This document shows, piece by piece, positions 19,688 through 28,848 of a DNA stretch of 30,715 nt. The position numbers were made by a program, and so were the translations under genes. The stretch is taken from the NCBI GenBank assembly GCA_964623105.1, contig CAZUUP010000006.1, positions 1 through 30,715 of the forward strand, read 5' to 3'. This stretch comes from an uncultured Akkermansia sp. (lineage in GTDB: Bacteria > Verrucomicrobiota > Verrucomicrobiia > Limisphaerales > BJHT01). The notes beneath the pieces are model-generated. The model was not told the DNA's origin and did not search any database. It was given only the letters and a program-made list of their open reading frames with translations. The first letter of the stretch is position 1; each line of letters starts with the position of its first letter.

Positions 19688-21475
19688 ATGGACGCCGACG
19701 CCTCCCGCCCGCTGCTCGCGCGCCGCCTCGAGTTCCCCTGCGAACTCGCCGCCGCCGCGCAGGCCCGCGCGCAGGCGTGCGCCGCCCTCGCCGCCGACGG
19801 CGTGGCCCCGGATGAAGTGAGCCGCCTGGAACTCGCCCTCGCCGAGGGCGCCAACAACGCCGTCTTCTACGTCCGCGAAACGGCCCGCCCGCTTCCTGTC
19901 CGCATCGAGACGCTCGTTTCCCCCGCCTGGGTTGAAATCCGCATCACCGATCACACGCCGGGCTTCGATTTCCCCGCGCACGCCACGCTTCCCCCCGAGG
20001 ATGCCGAATCCGGCCGCGGCTTGTTCCTCATTCAAAACCTCGTCGATGAAGCACGCTACCTGCGCGGCGACGCCGAGAACTGCCTGATCCTGCGGCTGCG
20101 GCGCGCCGCCTCCGCCAGTCCGCCGCCCGCCGTTCCGCCGGGCGATCCCGCGGAAAAACTGCGCGAGACCGAACGCACCCTCGAGTTGATGACCGAGGAG
20201 CTTTCCTCGTGCTACGAGAGCCTCTCGGCCGTCTTCCGGTTCAGCAGCGAACTGCAGGCCGACGACGCCTCCGCGAGCTTCGTGCAGCGCTGGCTCGATC
20301 AATTGCTGCGCATCACCGATGCCGACTGGTTCATCCTCCGCCTCGCCAGCCCCGACGGCTCGGAACTGCGCACCGCCGCCACCTCGCATGCCGGCGGCCT
20401 TCCCGAGCCGGTCGCCCTCGCGGCCGCGAGTTCGCCCCGCGCCTCCGCGGAAGCCGCCGCCGCCGCCACGCGGAAAGATTTCTGGTTCGACGCCTCGACG
20501 CCGCTGGCCCACGACGACCCGCTGCACCGCCCTGCGGGAACCGGCTGCGGCCTCGCGCATCCGATGTTTGTGAACGACACGCTCGTCGGCGTCCTCACCG
20601 TCGGCCGCCTCCCGGCCCGCCCCGCATTTCAGACCGGCCAGTCCAGCGTCATCCAAACCGTCGCCGACTTTCTCGCGCTCCAAATCCGCAACGCGCAACT
20701 GCACGAGGAACAGCTCGCCGCGCGGCTCAACCTGCGCGACCTCGAGATCGCCGCCAACATCCAGCGGATGCTCCTCCCCGAGCAGCTCCCGTCCGCGCCC
20801 CGCGCGTCCCTCGCCGGCTTTTACCGCAGCGCGCGGGAAATCGGCGGCGACTACTACGACGCGCTCCCCACCCCCGATGGCGGCCTGCTGCTGGTCGTCG
20901 CGGACGTGATGGGCAAGGGCCTGCCGGCCGCGCTGTTCGCCTTCATGTTCCGCAGCCTGGTCCGCGCGCGCCGCGACCTCGCGCCGCAACCGTCCGAATT
21001 CCTCGCGTGGCTCAACCAAAATCTTTTCCACGAACTCGACCGCGCCGAGATGTTCATCACCGCGCAACTGGCCTTCTGGGATGGCCCCCGCGGCGAACTC
21101 CGCGTCGCCGGCGCCGGGCATCCGCCGCTGCTCGCCGCGGGCGCCGACGGGCACGTGCGCGAGATCGCCTCCGGCGGCCCGCCGCTCGGCATCCATGCCG
21201 CGGCGGAGTTCCCCGGCGAGTCCGTCGCATGTCCGGACGGCCACGCCCTGATGTTCACCGACGGCCTGATCGAGGCGCGCAACGCCCGTTCCGAACTGCT
21301 GGGGCTGGACGCCGTCAAGGCCGTGCTGGCCGCGGCCGCCCGCAACCGCGACTCCGGCGAATCCGCGAAGCAACGCCTCATTGATCTGCTTCGGGGCTTC
21401 GAGTTGGAAACCGCACCCGCCGACGACACCGCGTTCCTCGTCCTTTCCCGCACGGAGGCGGGCGATCATGCCTAA
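19688..21475 (+). CDS. RsbW-like Ser kinase - GAF - SpoIIE/PP2C phosphatase fusion (595 aa)
   Basis: N-terminal ELALAEGANNAV, PGFD and SGRGLFLI; a coiled coil; a GAF-like region (PMFVNDTLVGVL); PP2C motifs GGDYYD, ADVMGKG, FTDGL and DDT. Confidence 0.9.
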   Translation: MDADASRPLLARRLEFPCELAAAAQARAQACAALAADGVAPDEVSRLELALAEGANNAVFYVRETARPLPVRIETLVSPAWVEIRITDHTPGFDFPAHATLPPEDAESGRGLFLIQNLVDEARYLRGDAENCLILRLRRAASASPPPAVPPGDPAEKLRETERTLELMTEELSSCYESLSAVFRFSSELQADDASASFVQRWLDQLLRITDADWFILRLASPDGSELRTAATSHAGGLPEPVALAAASSPRASAEAAAAATRKDFWFDASTPLAHDDPLHRPAGTGCGLAHPMFVNDTLVGVLTVGRLPARPAFQTGQSSVIQTVADFLALQIRNAQLHEEQLAARLNLRDLEIAANIQRMLLPEQLPSAPRASLAGFYRSAREIGGDYYDALPTPDGGLLLVVADVMGKGLPAALFAFMFRSLVRARRDLAPQPSEFLAWLNQNLFHELDRAEMFITAQLAFWDGPRGELRVAGAGHPPLLAAGADGHVREIASGGPPLGIHAAAEFPGESVACPDGHALMFTDGLIEARNARSELLGLDAVKAVLAAAARNRDSGESAKQRLIDLLRGFELETAPADDTAFLVLSRTEAGDHA

Positions 21476-21839
21476 AAAAATCCTCATCGTGGACGACGAA
21501 CCGCACATGCTGCGCGTCACCGAACTGAGCCTGCGCAAGGGCGGCTTCGAAATCCTCACCGCTCGCGACGGGCGCGCCGCGCTCGACATCGCCACCCGGG
21601 AACTTCCCGCCCTGATCGTCATGGACGTGACCATGCCCGAGATGGATGGCATCACCGCCCTCAAGCAGCTCAAGGCGGCGCCCGCCACCGCGGCCATTCC
21701 CGTCATCATGCTCACGTCGCGCGGCCAGACCGTCGCCCGCGAGGAAGCCCAGGGTTCCGGCGCGGCGTTGTACCTCACGAAGCCGTTCTCCCCCTCGCAA
21801 CTCCTCGCCGAAGCCGTCCGCATCCTCGGTCCGGCCTGA
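21468..21839 (+). CDS. Single-domain response regulator (123 aa)
   Basis: ILIVDDE, VMDVTMPEMDG, MLTS and TKPF. GGAGG RBS at 21454-21458. Confidence 0.93.
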   Translation: MPKKILIVDDEPHMLRVTELSLRKGGFEILTARDGRAALDIATRELPALIVMDVTMPEMDGITALKQLKAAPATAAIPVIMLTSRGQTVAREEAQGSGAALYLTKPFSPSQLLAEAVRILGPA

Positions 21840-22034
21840 GCCTGCGCCTCCCGAGGGGCCGCATCTCCCCGTCCGTTTCGACTTCCCCGGACACCCGCAC
21901 CCTCGCCCCGGGGAGACCACGCCCCGCAGGGTTTAATCCAGATCGGGAGGGCGGATGCCGCATTTTCAATCGTGCGCGGCGGTCAAGCCTCCGCTCCTCG
22001 GGCGTCGCGTTTCCAAAATGCAATGCACCGGCTT

Positions 22035-22049
22035 TGGCACGCCGCCAGC
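22035..22049 (+). promoter_or_regulatory. Possible sigma54 promoter of the right-hand glycan operon
   Basis: TGGCACGCCGCCAGC has GG-N10-GC spacing and shares its first 10 bp with the 15418 promoter, but the -12 box is degenerate. Confidence 0.45.
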
Positions 22050-22205
22050 GTAACCACGGGAGGCGAATGAAACTGCAATGGCAAATCACAGGGCTCGAGT
22101 CGGCGGGAAACCCCCTGGTTATCTCGGGTTGCAATCGGTCACACGTCGCCTGCCGCCCAGTTGGGGATGCCCGGCAGGGATGCCGGCCATTGCTCGCTTA
22201 TTGCG

Positions 22206-22218
22206 GTTGCATTGCAAC
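22206..22218. promoter_or_regulatory. Perfect palindrome GTTGCA-T-TGCAAC (candidate bEBP site)
   Basis: 13-bp palindrome with the same core as the 4638 and 15639/15655 sites. A further ATGCA-A-TGCAC lies at 22018. Confidence 0.5.
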
Positions 22219-22236
22219 GCTTATCCACCCCCTGCA

Positions 22237-23427
22237 ATGAAACCTACCCTTGGCCTTTTCATCATGATCGACGCGATGGGCTGGGAAATTCTGCGGCACG
22301 ATTCCTTCGGACACGATTTCGCGCCGACCCGCAAGCGCCTCGGGAGCGTGTTCGGCTACAGCTCGGCCTGCGTGCCGTCCATCGTCTCGGGCCGCTGGCC
22401 GGCGGAGCACCACAACTGGTGCTATTTCGTCCACGATCCGCAGAACTCCCCGTTCCGTTCGCTGCGCCCGTTGCGCTGGCTGCCCAGGGCGTTGACCAGC
22501 CGGCGTTTCTTCCGGCGCGCCCTCACCCGCTGGGTCCGGTCGCAGCTCGGTTTCCAAGGCTACTTCGACCTCTACAACATCCCGTTCCAGCACATCCACG
22601 CCTACGATTTCACCGAGAAAAAAAATCCGCTCCAGCCCGGCGGCATGAACCGGGGCGAAAACATTTTCGACTTCCTCGCCGCCGAAAACATCCCGTGGTT
22701 CGTCAGCGATCCCGGTCGGACCGAGGAGCAGAACCGCGACGCGCTCGCCGGCCACCTGCGCCGGGGCGACATCGATTTCGCCTTTCAATACTGGCCCGGA
22801 CTCGACGGCCTGTTGCATCGCGTCGGCAATGCGTCGCCCGAAGTGCCGGCCCGCCTCCGCCTCTACGGGCAGTGGATCCACGAATTGCTCGCCGCCGCCC
22901 GCCAGCGCTACGCGGACATTCATCTCTACGTCTTCAGCGACCACGGCATGGCCAACTGCGACGTTCACCTCGACCTGATGGCCCGGATCGAGGCGCTCCC
23001 GCTGCGGCAGGGGATCGACTACGCGGTGGTTTACGACTCGACCATGGCCCGCTTCTGGTTCTTCCACGCGAACGCACGCCGCCTGATCACCGCCGAACTC
23101 CAGGCGATTCCGCAGGGCCGCATCCTGCCCGACGCGGAATTGGAATCCCTGCACACGCGATTCGCCGACCACCGCTTTGGCGAACTGATCTTCCTGGTGG
23201 ACGAAGGCGTGCTGATCGTCCCCAGCCACATGGGCGAACGCCCGATCCGCGCGATGCACGGCTATCATCCGTCGGCTCCGCACAGCTTTGCCGCGCTGCT
23301 CACCAACCAGCCGGAAATTCCCGCTCACGTGACTGCCATCCCGCATCTCCACGGCGTGATGAAGCACACCGCGCAACTGGCCCGCGCGCAAAACCGGGCC
23401 GCCCTGCAACCCCTCCAACTCGCATGA
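22237..23427 (+). CDS. Alkaline phosphatase superfamily (nucleotide pyrophosphatase/phosphodiesterase-like) protein, no signal peptide (396 aa)
   Basis: Metal-ligand motifs MIDAMG, LDGLLH, FSDHGM and AMHGY; nucleophile region GYSSACVPSIVSG. Confidence 0.85.
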   Translation: MKPTLGLFIMIDAMGWEILRHDSFGHDFAPTRKRLGSVFGYSSACVPSIVSGRWPAEHHNWCYFVHDPQNSPFRSLRPLRWLPRALTSRRFFRRALTRWVRSQLGFQGYFDLYNIPFQHIHAYDFTEKKNPLQPGGMNRGENIFDFLAAENIPWFVSDPGRTEEQNRDALAGHLRRGDIDFAFQYWPGLDGLLHRVGNASPEVPARLRLYGQWIHELLAAARQRYADIHLYVFSDHGMANCDVHLDLMARIEALPLRQGIDYAVVYDSTMARFWFFHANARRLITAELQAIPQGRILPDAELESLHTRFADHRFGELIFLVDEGVLIVPSHMGERPIRAMHGYHPSAPHSFAALLTNQPEIPAHVTAIPHLHGVMKHTAQLARAQNRAALQPLQLA

Positions 23428-24185
23428 CCAACGCCGCACTCCCAGCACCTCCGACCCTCCTCCAACGGACCCTCTGGTTCCAAATGTGGGAGAATCTAGC
23501 CAGCCGCTGGCGCTTCAAGTTCACACTCCCCCGGATCCGAACCGTCGCGCTCGAGGGCGTCCGCCTCGACGTCGCCTCGTTGTCGGGCGTGATGAAAAAC
23601 AACCTCCTGCTCGGCCGCTATGAGGTGCAGGAGCGGCTGATGGTCCAGCGTTTTCTCACGCGTGACGACGCCGTGCTCGAACTCGGCGGTGCCATCGGTT
23701 TCATCGGCCTCTACTGCCAGACCCGGCTTGGCATTTCGCGCTACGCCACGGTCGAGGCCAACCCCGCCACGGTCGAACTGTTGCAGCGCAATTACGCGCT
23801 GAATGACCGCCGGCCGGTGGTCTGGAACCTCGCGCTGGCCGGTGCCGACGCGGAGGTCGCGCTCGAGGTCGGTGGCGAATTCTGGGAGAACTCGACGGTC
23901 GGCGGAATCACCACGGGACGGACCGTCCGCGTTCCCGGGACGACCCTTGCGGGCGTGCTTCGCCGTCTCGACTTCGCGCCCACGGCCCTGATCGTGGACA
24001 TCGAGGGCGCCGAACAGTTTCTCGATCCGCGCCAGATTCCCGCCAGCGTCACCAAGCTCATCATCGAGCTGCATCCGCGCATCATCGGCACCGAGCGCGT
24101 GTTCCGCCTCATCGCCGGCCTTGTCAACGCTGGCTTCCGGGGAGTCCACGAAGAATCCGGCACCGCGGTCTTCCTGCGCCCATGA
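23424..24185 (+). CDS. FkbM-family methyltransferase (253 aa)
   Basis: VLELGGAIG, VEANP and LIVDIEGAE. ATGA overlap. Confidence 0.88.
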   Translation: MTNAALPAPPTLLQRTLWFQMWENLASRWRFKFTLPRIRTVALEGVRLDVASLSGVMKNNLLLGRYEVQERLMVQRFLTRDDAVLELGGAIGFIGLYCQTRLGISRYATVEANPATVELLQRNYALNDRRPVVWNLALAGADAEVALEVGGEFWENSTVGGITTGRTVRVPGTTLAGVLRRLDFAPTALIVDIEGAEQFLDPRQIPASVTKLIIELHPRIIGTERVFRLIAGLVNAGFRGVHEESGTAVFLRP

Positions 24186-25738
24186 ACTACGCCGAGATCA
24201 AGCACCACATCTGGCGCAATTCCGTGTCCAACTACGTGCGCACCCTCCTTGGGATGGTCGTGGGGTTGATCACGTTCCGCCTGCTCTACCAGGCGTTGGA
24301 CCGCGAGGAGTTCGGGTTCTGGTCGCTGCTCTGGAGCCTCTTCGGTTACGGCAGCCTGCTGGATCTCGGCTTCGGCTTCGCAGCGCAGAAACAGGTCGTC
24401 GAGCTGTCGATCAAGCAGGACTGGGACAAGCTCGGCCGGGTGCTCAGCACGATCCTGGTCTTTTACGCCGCGATGGCGGCCGTGATCGCGCTGGCCGTGG
24501 TACTCGGCGCGGCGGCGCTTGTCGGCTGGCTGGGAATTTCCGCGGCGAAGTCTGACGAATTCCGGCGCGTGCTGGTCTGGTTTTTCGCAGGGCTGTGCTT
24601 CGCGTTTCCGCTCGGTGTTTTCCCAGAAATCCTCCGCGGCCAGCAGCGCATCCGCCTCGCCAACCAGCTCGTCTCCGCGGCGCTCGTCCTGCGGCTCGCC
24701 TTCATCGCCGCCGCCGTCTGGCTGCACTGGAGCCTCACCGCCCTCACGATCATCGCCCTGGTGTTTGCGCTCGTGCCGGACGCGCTCGCGGGGGTTCTCG
24801 CGCTGCGCTCGATGCCCGCCGTGCGCCTGAGCCCGCGCCGGTTTTCCCCGGCGCTGATCCGCGAGACCATGCGTTTCTCGCTCTACGCGTATCTCGGCTC
24901 GACCACGAATCTGCTGCTCGGCAAGACCGACCAACTGGTGCTCGGCGCCACGTTGTCCGTCGCCTCGGTCGGCCTCTACCAGGCCGGCGGACGCGTCGCC
25001 GAAGTCTTCCACCAGTTCACCCGGCAGGTGCAGGAAACCCTCTCGCCGGCGGCGGCCCATCTCCACGCGCTGGGCGAGCGCGCCGCCCTCGGCGATCTGC
25101 TCGTCAACAGCCTCCGCTGGAGCGTCGTGATTGCGACGCCGCTCTATCTGCTCTGCGCCTTTCATCTCCCGGAACTGCTCCGCCTCCTCACCGGCGAACG
25201 CGTCGCCCCGCCGGAAACCTGTCTCGTCGGCCACGTGCTCCTCGCGTGGTTCTACACCACCATCCTCACGCACAGCGTTTCCAAGCGCATCTTCATGATG
25301 TGCGGACACGAGCGCCGGCTCATGTGGCTCGGCCTCGCCGAGGCCGTGGCGAATCTCCTCCTCAGCATCGCGCTCGTCCTCGTGTTCCGGAATGTCGCCG
25401 CTGTCGCCGTCGGCTCGCTCCTGCCCACGCTCTTCTTCGGCTGGGTTTTTCTCTGGCCGTGGATGGCACGCGAAGCCGGGCTGACCGCCGGAGAGTTGTT
25501 CCGCCGCGCGATTCTGCCGGCGTGGATCGCGTGTGTGCCCATGCTGGTGTTCCTGCTCGCCGCCCACGTTGGCGCGGTGTTTCCCGCGGACAATCCCTGG
25601 CTGCCTGTGTTGCTCCAGGGTTCTGCCGCCGGGCTTATCGCGGCCTTCACGCTCTGGCGCGTCGCGCTGAACCCGCGCGAGCGCGATCAACTTTCCCGCC
25701 GCCTGCCGCTGCGCCTCCCGAACCTCCTTCCCGCATGA
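24182..25738 (+). CDS. wzx: Oligosaccharide flippase (Wzx/MOP family, 518 aa)
   Basis: About 12-14 TM helices, EEFGFWSL, LLDLGFG and GKTDQLVLG...VGLYQAG, in a glycan cluster. Confidence 0.88.
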   Translation: MNYAEIKHHIWRNSVSNYVRTLLGMVVGLITFRLLYQALDREEFGFWSLLWSLFGYGSLLDLGFGFAAQKQVVELSIKQDWDKLGRVLSTILVFYAAMAAVIALAVVLGAAALVGWLGISAAKSDEFRRVLVWFFAGLCFAFPLGVFPEILRGQQRIRLANQLVSAALVLRLAFIAAAVWLHWSLTALTIIALVFALVPDALAGVLALRSMPAVRLSPRRFSPALIRETMRFSLYAYLGSTTNLLLGKTDQLVLGATLSVASVGLYQAGGRVAEVFHQFTRQVQETLSPAAAHLHALGERAALGDLLVNSLRWSVVIATPLYLLCAFHLPELLRLLTGERVAPPETCLVGHVLLAWFYTTILTHSVSKRIFMMCGHERRLMWLGLAEAVANLLLSIALVLVFRNVAAVAVGSLLPTLFFGWVFLWPWMAREAGLTAGELFRRAILPAWIACVPMLVFLLAAHVGAVFPADNPWLPVLLQGSAAGLIAAFTLWRVALNPRERDQLSRRLPLRLPNLLPA

Positions 25739-27084
25739 AGACCACCACCCCCACCCACGCGCCCAGCCGGATGGCCACCGCCATCGGCTGGCAAAACCCA
25801 CCCCCGTCATCCGACCGCACGCAATCGCCACTGCGCGTCGCACACATCCTCCGCAAATACGATCCCCTCGAATGGGGCGGGACGGAAACCGCCGTCCTGC
25901 GCCTCCTCGAAGGCCTCGCCGCGCACGGCGTGCAATCCTCCGTTCACTGCCCCGCGCTGGCCGCGCGCACCGGCCGCGATCCGCTCGCCGAAGCGGGCGC
26001 GCAAGTCCGCCGCTACCACGCCTTCCTCCCCGTGGCCGGCATTTCCGGGCAGCGGCGGCGGCAACTGGTCCGGTGGGGTGGCAACCTCATGTCGTTCGAC
26101 CTCTTCACCCGGTTGCTGCGCGAGCCGCTCGACGTCATCCACACCCACGCCCTGAACCGCCTCGGGGGCATCGGGCTTGCCGCCGCCCGTTGGCGCAACC
26201 TGCCGCTGGTCGTCACCATTCACGGCGGCTGGTTCGATCTGCCCGCCGAGGCCATGGCCGCGCTCACCGCTCCGCTCTTGGGCGGATTCGAGTGGGGCCG
26301 CGTGCTCGGCCTGTTGCTGCAAAGCCGGCGCCTGCTGGAAAAGGCCGACGCCGTCCTCACCTGCAATCCGCGCGAAGCGGACCTCATCCGCCAGCGGCAC
26401 CCGCATCAGCGCGTGCTCGTGCAACCGCATTCCGTCCCGGCCGCCCGCTACGCCGTCGATCATCGTGCCGAAGCCCGGCAAGCGTTTCCGCAAATCGCCG
26501 GCCGGGATGTCGTCCTCTGCGTCGCACGGCTCGATCCGGTGAAAAACCAGCGCTGGCTGGTCGATCAACTGCCGGTCGTGGTGAAGCGCCATCCGCGCGC
26601 GCTGCTCGTCTTCGCCGGACCCGAGACATTTCCCGGCTACGAAGCCACCCTCCGCCACGCGCTGGGCCGTCTCGGCCTCGAGGACCGCGTCCTCTTCACC
26701 GGCAGCCTCGAACCCGGTGGCGGCCCGCTGATCGGCCTGCTCCAGCACGCCCGCGCCACCGTGCTGTCGTCCACCGCGGAGACCTTCGGGCTGGCGATTA
26801 TCGAAGCTTGGGCCGCCGGCTCGCCGGTCATTTGCTCACGCACCTCGGGCGCGGAATCACTCATCCGCCACGGCGAAACCGGCTGGCTTTTCCCGCTCGA
26901 CAATCCCGCTGAATTCCACGCCGCCCTCGACCGCGCGCTGCAACCCGGTCCGGCCCGCGAGCGGATGATCGATGCCGCCTCGACGCTCGTGCGCACCACT
27001 TACGACACCGTCGCGGCCGCCCGCCGCGTCGGCGATCTCTACGCTGAACTCCACCAACAAAAACCTGGAAGAAACCAACCATGA
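25735..27084 (+). CDS. Glycosyltransferase family 4 (449 aa)
   Basis: WGGTETAV, DVIHTH, VARLDPVKNQ and E-x7-E in AETFGLAIIEAW. Confidence 0.92.
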   Translation: MKTTTPTHAPSRMATAIGWQNPPPSSDRTQSPLRVAHILRKYDPLEWGGTETAVLRLLEGLAAHGVQSSVHCPALAARTGRDPLAEAGAQVRRYHAFLPVAGISGQRRRQLVRWGGNLMSFDLFTRLLREPLDVIHTHALNRLGGIGLAAARWRNLPLVVTIHGGWFDLPAEAMAALTAPLLGGFEWGRVLGLLLQSRRLLEKADAVLTCNPREADLIRQRHPHQRVLVQPHSVPAARYAVDHRAEARQAFPQIAGRDVVLCVARLDPVKNQRWLVDQLPVVVKRHPRALLVFAGPETFPGYEATLRHALGRLGLEDRVLFTGSLEPGGGPLIGLLQHARATVLSSTAETFGLAIIEAWAAGSPVICSRTSGAESLIRHGETGWLFPLDNPAEFHAALDRALQPGPARERMIDAASTLVRTTYDTVAAARRVGDLYAELHQQKPGRNQP

Positions 27085-27968
27085 AATACGTAATCATTCG
27101 CGACGACGACACCTGCGCCCTCACACCGGTCGCCTGCCTCGAGCGCCTCTACCGGCCGTTCCTGGACCGCGGCCTGCCGGTCAACCTGGCCGTCATCCCC
27201 AACGTCAACACCCGCGCCACCTGGGCGGACGGCTCGCCCGAGGGATTCCTGCTGGCCCGGCGCGGCGACGAACCCGAGCACCTGCCCATCGCGCGGCATC
27301 CGGCGCTGCTCGAGTACCTGCGCGCCAATCCCCGGCTCGAGCCGCTGCACCACGGCTGCGAACACACCTATCTCGAGTTCGATCAGGGCAACCGCGCCGA
27401 CCTCACACGCCGGCTCGACGATGGCGCCCGCTGCTTCGCCGACGCCGGCCTCACGCCGCCGGAGACGTTCGTCGCGCCGTACGATCAGCTTTCACTCGCC
27501 GGCTGCACCGAAGTCGCCGGCCGTTTCCGGGTCTTCTCGACCGGCTGGCTCGACCTCCGCCGCTTGCCGCTGTCGTGGTGGCCCCGCGTGCTCTCGGCCA
27601 AACTGCGCGGCGAACCCCACGTCCATCTCAACGGCCTGACGCTGCTGACGCACCCGGGCTGCCTGCTCTCCCACAAACACCCGCCCGCCTCCATCCTGCC
27701 GCGCATTCAGGCGGCCGTGGCCCGCAACCAACTGACCGTCCTCGTCACGCACTGGTGGGAATATTTTCACGGCGGCCGGCCCAACGAGGCGTTCATCGAC
27801 GTGCTCCACGCGACCGCCGGCTGGCTCGCCCGTCAGCCGGACGTCCGCGTGATCAAGTTTTCCGAACTGGCCGACGAGCGCTCCGCGGCCTTCCACCAAG
27901 TGTTCCCGCCGGTCTCCGCGGCCGGTTGCATGCGGCCGGACTACGCGGACGCAACCCTCTCCTCGTAA
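27081..27968 (+). CDS. Polysaccharide deacetylase-like (NodB/DUF2334 type) protein (295 aa)
   Basis: IIRDDD catalytic/metal Asp motif, HHGCEH (H-x-x-x-H) and FVAPY. Confidence 0.75.
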   Translation: MKYVIIRDDDTCALTPVACLERLYRPFLDRGLPVNLAVIPNVNTRATWADGSPEGFLLARRGDEPEHLPIARHPALLEYLRANPRLEPLHHGCEHTYLEFDQGNRADLTRRLDDGARCFADAGLTPPETFVAPYDQLSLAGCTEVAGRFRVFSTGWLDLRRLPLSWWPRVLSAKLRGEPHVHLNGLTLLTHPGCLLSHKHPPASILPRIQAAVARNQLTVLVTHWWEYFHGGRPNEAFIDVLHATAGWLARQPDVRVIKFSELADERSAAFHQVFPPVSAAGCMRPDYADATLSS

Positions 27969-27972
27969 GCCC

Positions 27973-28848
27973 ATGAACCCGCCCGCCGTGAGCATCATCA
28001 TGCGCTCCTACAACGAAGCCTGGGCGCTGCGCGAAACGCTCCCCGCCCTCGCCGCCCAGCAGCCGCCCGCGCACGAACTCATCGTGATCGACTCCGGCTC
28101 GACCGACGGCTCGCAGGAACTCATCCGCGCCGCGCGCCCCGCGCATTTCGTGCAGATCACGCCGGCGGAGTACAATCCCGGCCGCGTCCTCAACACCGGC
28201 ATGCGCCTGGCCCGCTCGGAGTTCTGCCTCTTCCTCAATGCCGACGCCACGCCGCAAAACAACCAGTGGCTCGCACCGCTCGCCGCGGCCCTGCAGCAAC
28301 CCCGCGTCGCCGCCTGCTACGGCCGCCAGATTCCCCGGCCCGACTGCCGCGCCGTCTTCGCCTGCGACTACGAACGCTGCTTCGGACCCCGCCGCGAGGC
28401 CGCGCGCTGGGAGCATTTCTTCAGCATGGTCAGCAGCGGCCTCCGCAAGGACGTGTGGTCGCGCCGCGGTTTCCGCGAGGACCTGCAATTTGCCGAGGAC
28501 GACGAATACACGCGCTGGTGCCGGTTTCACGGCTACAAAACCACCTACGTGCCCGAGTCGGTGGTCATGCACTCCCACAACTATTCTCCCGCTCAGGCGC
28601 GTCGCCGGAGCTTCGGCGACGCCTACGCCATCGGCCGCGCCGGGTCCGCCAACCCGCGCGACACCCGCTGGCTCAAAACCGTCGCCCTCGGCTGGCTGAG
28701 CGACCTCCGCCACGACCTGCGCTTCTGTTTCCGCACCTGGCGATGCCGCGAACTGCCCCACGCCGCCCGCATCCGCTGGGCGCAGCGACGCGGACGCCTC
28801 GCCGGTTTTCAACAGGGCCTCGCCACGCTTTCCCCGACCGCATCATGA
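27973..28848 (+). CDS. Glycosyltransferase family 2 (rhamnosyltransferase-like, 291 aa)
   Basis: SIIMRSYNE, IDSGSTDGS, FLNADA, YGRQIP, AEDDE and VMHSH. Confidence 0.9.
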   Translation: MNPPAVSIIMRSYNEAWALRETLPALAAQQPPAHELIVIDSGSTDGSQELIRAARPAHFVQITPAEYNPGRVLNTGMRLARSEFCLFLNADATPQNNQWLAPLAAALQQPRVAACYGRQIPRPDCRAVFACDYERCFGPRREAARWEHFFSMVSSGLRKDVWSRRGFREDLQFAEDDEYTRWCRFHGYKTTYVPESVVMHSHNYSPAQARRRSFGDAYAIGRAGSANPRDTRWLKTVALGWLSDLRHDLRFCFRTWRCRELPHAARIRWAQRRGRLAGFQQGLATLSPTAS

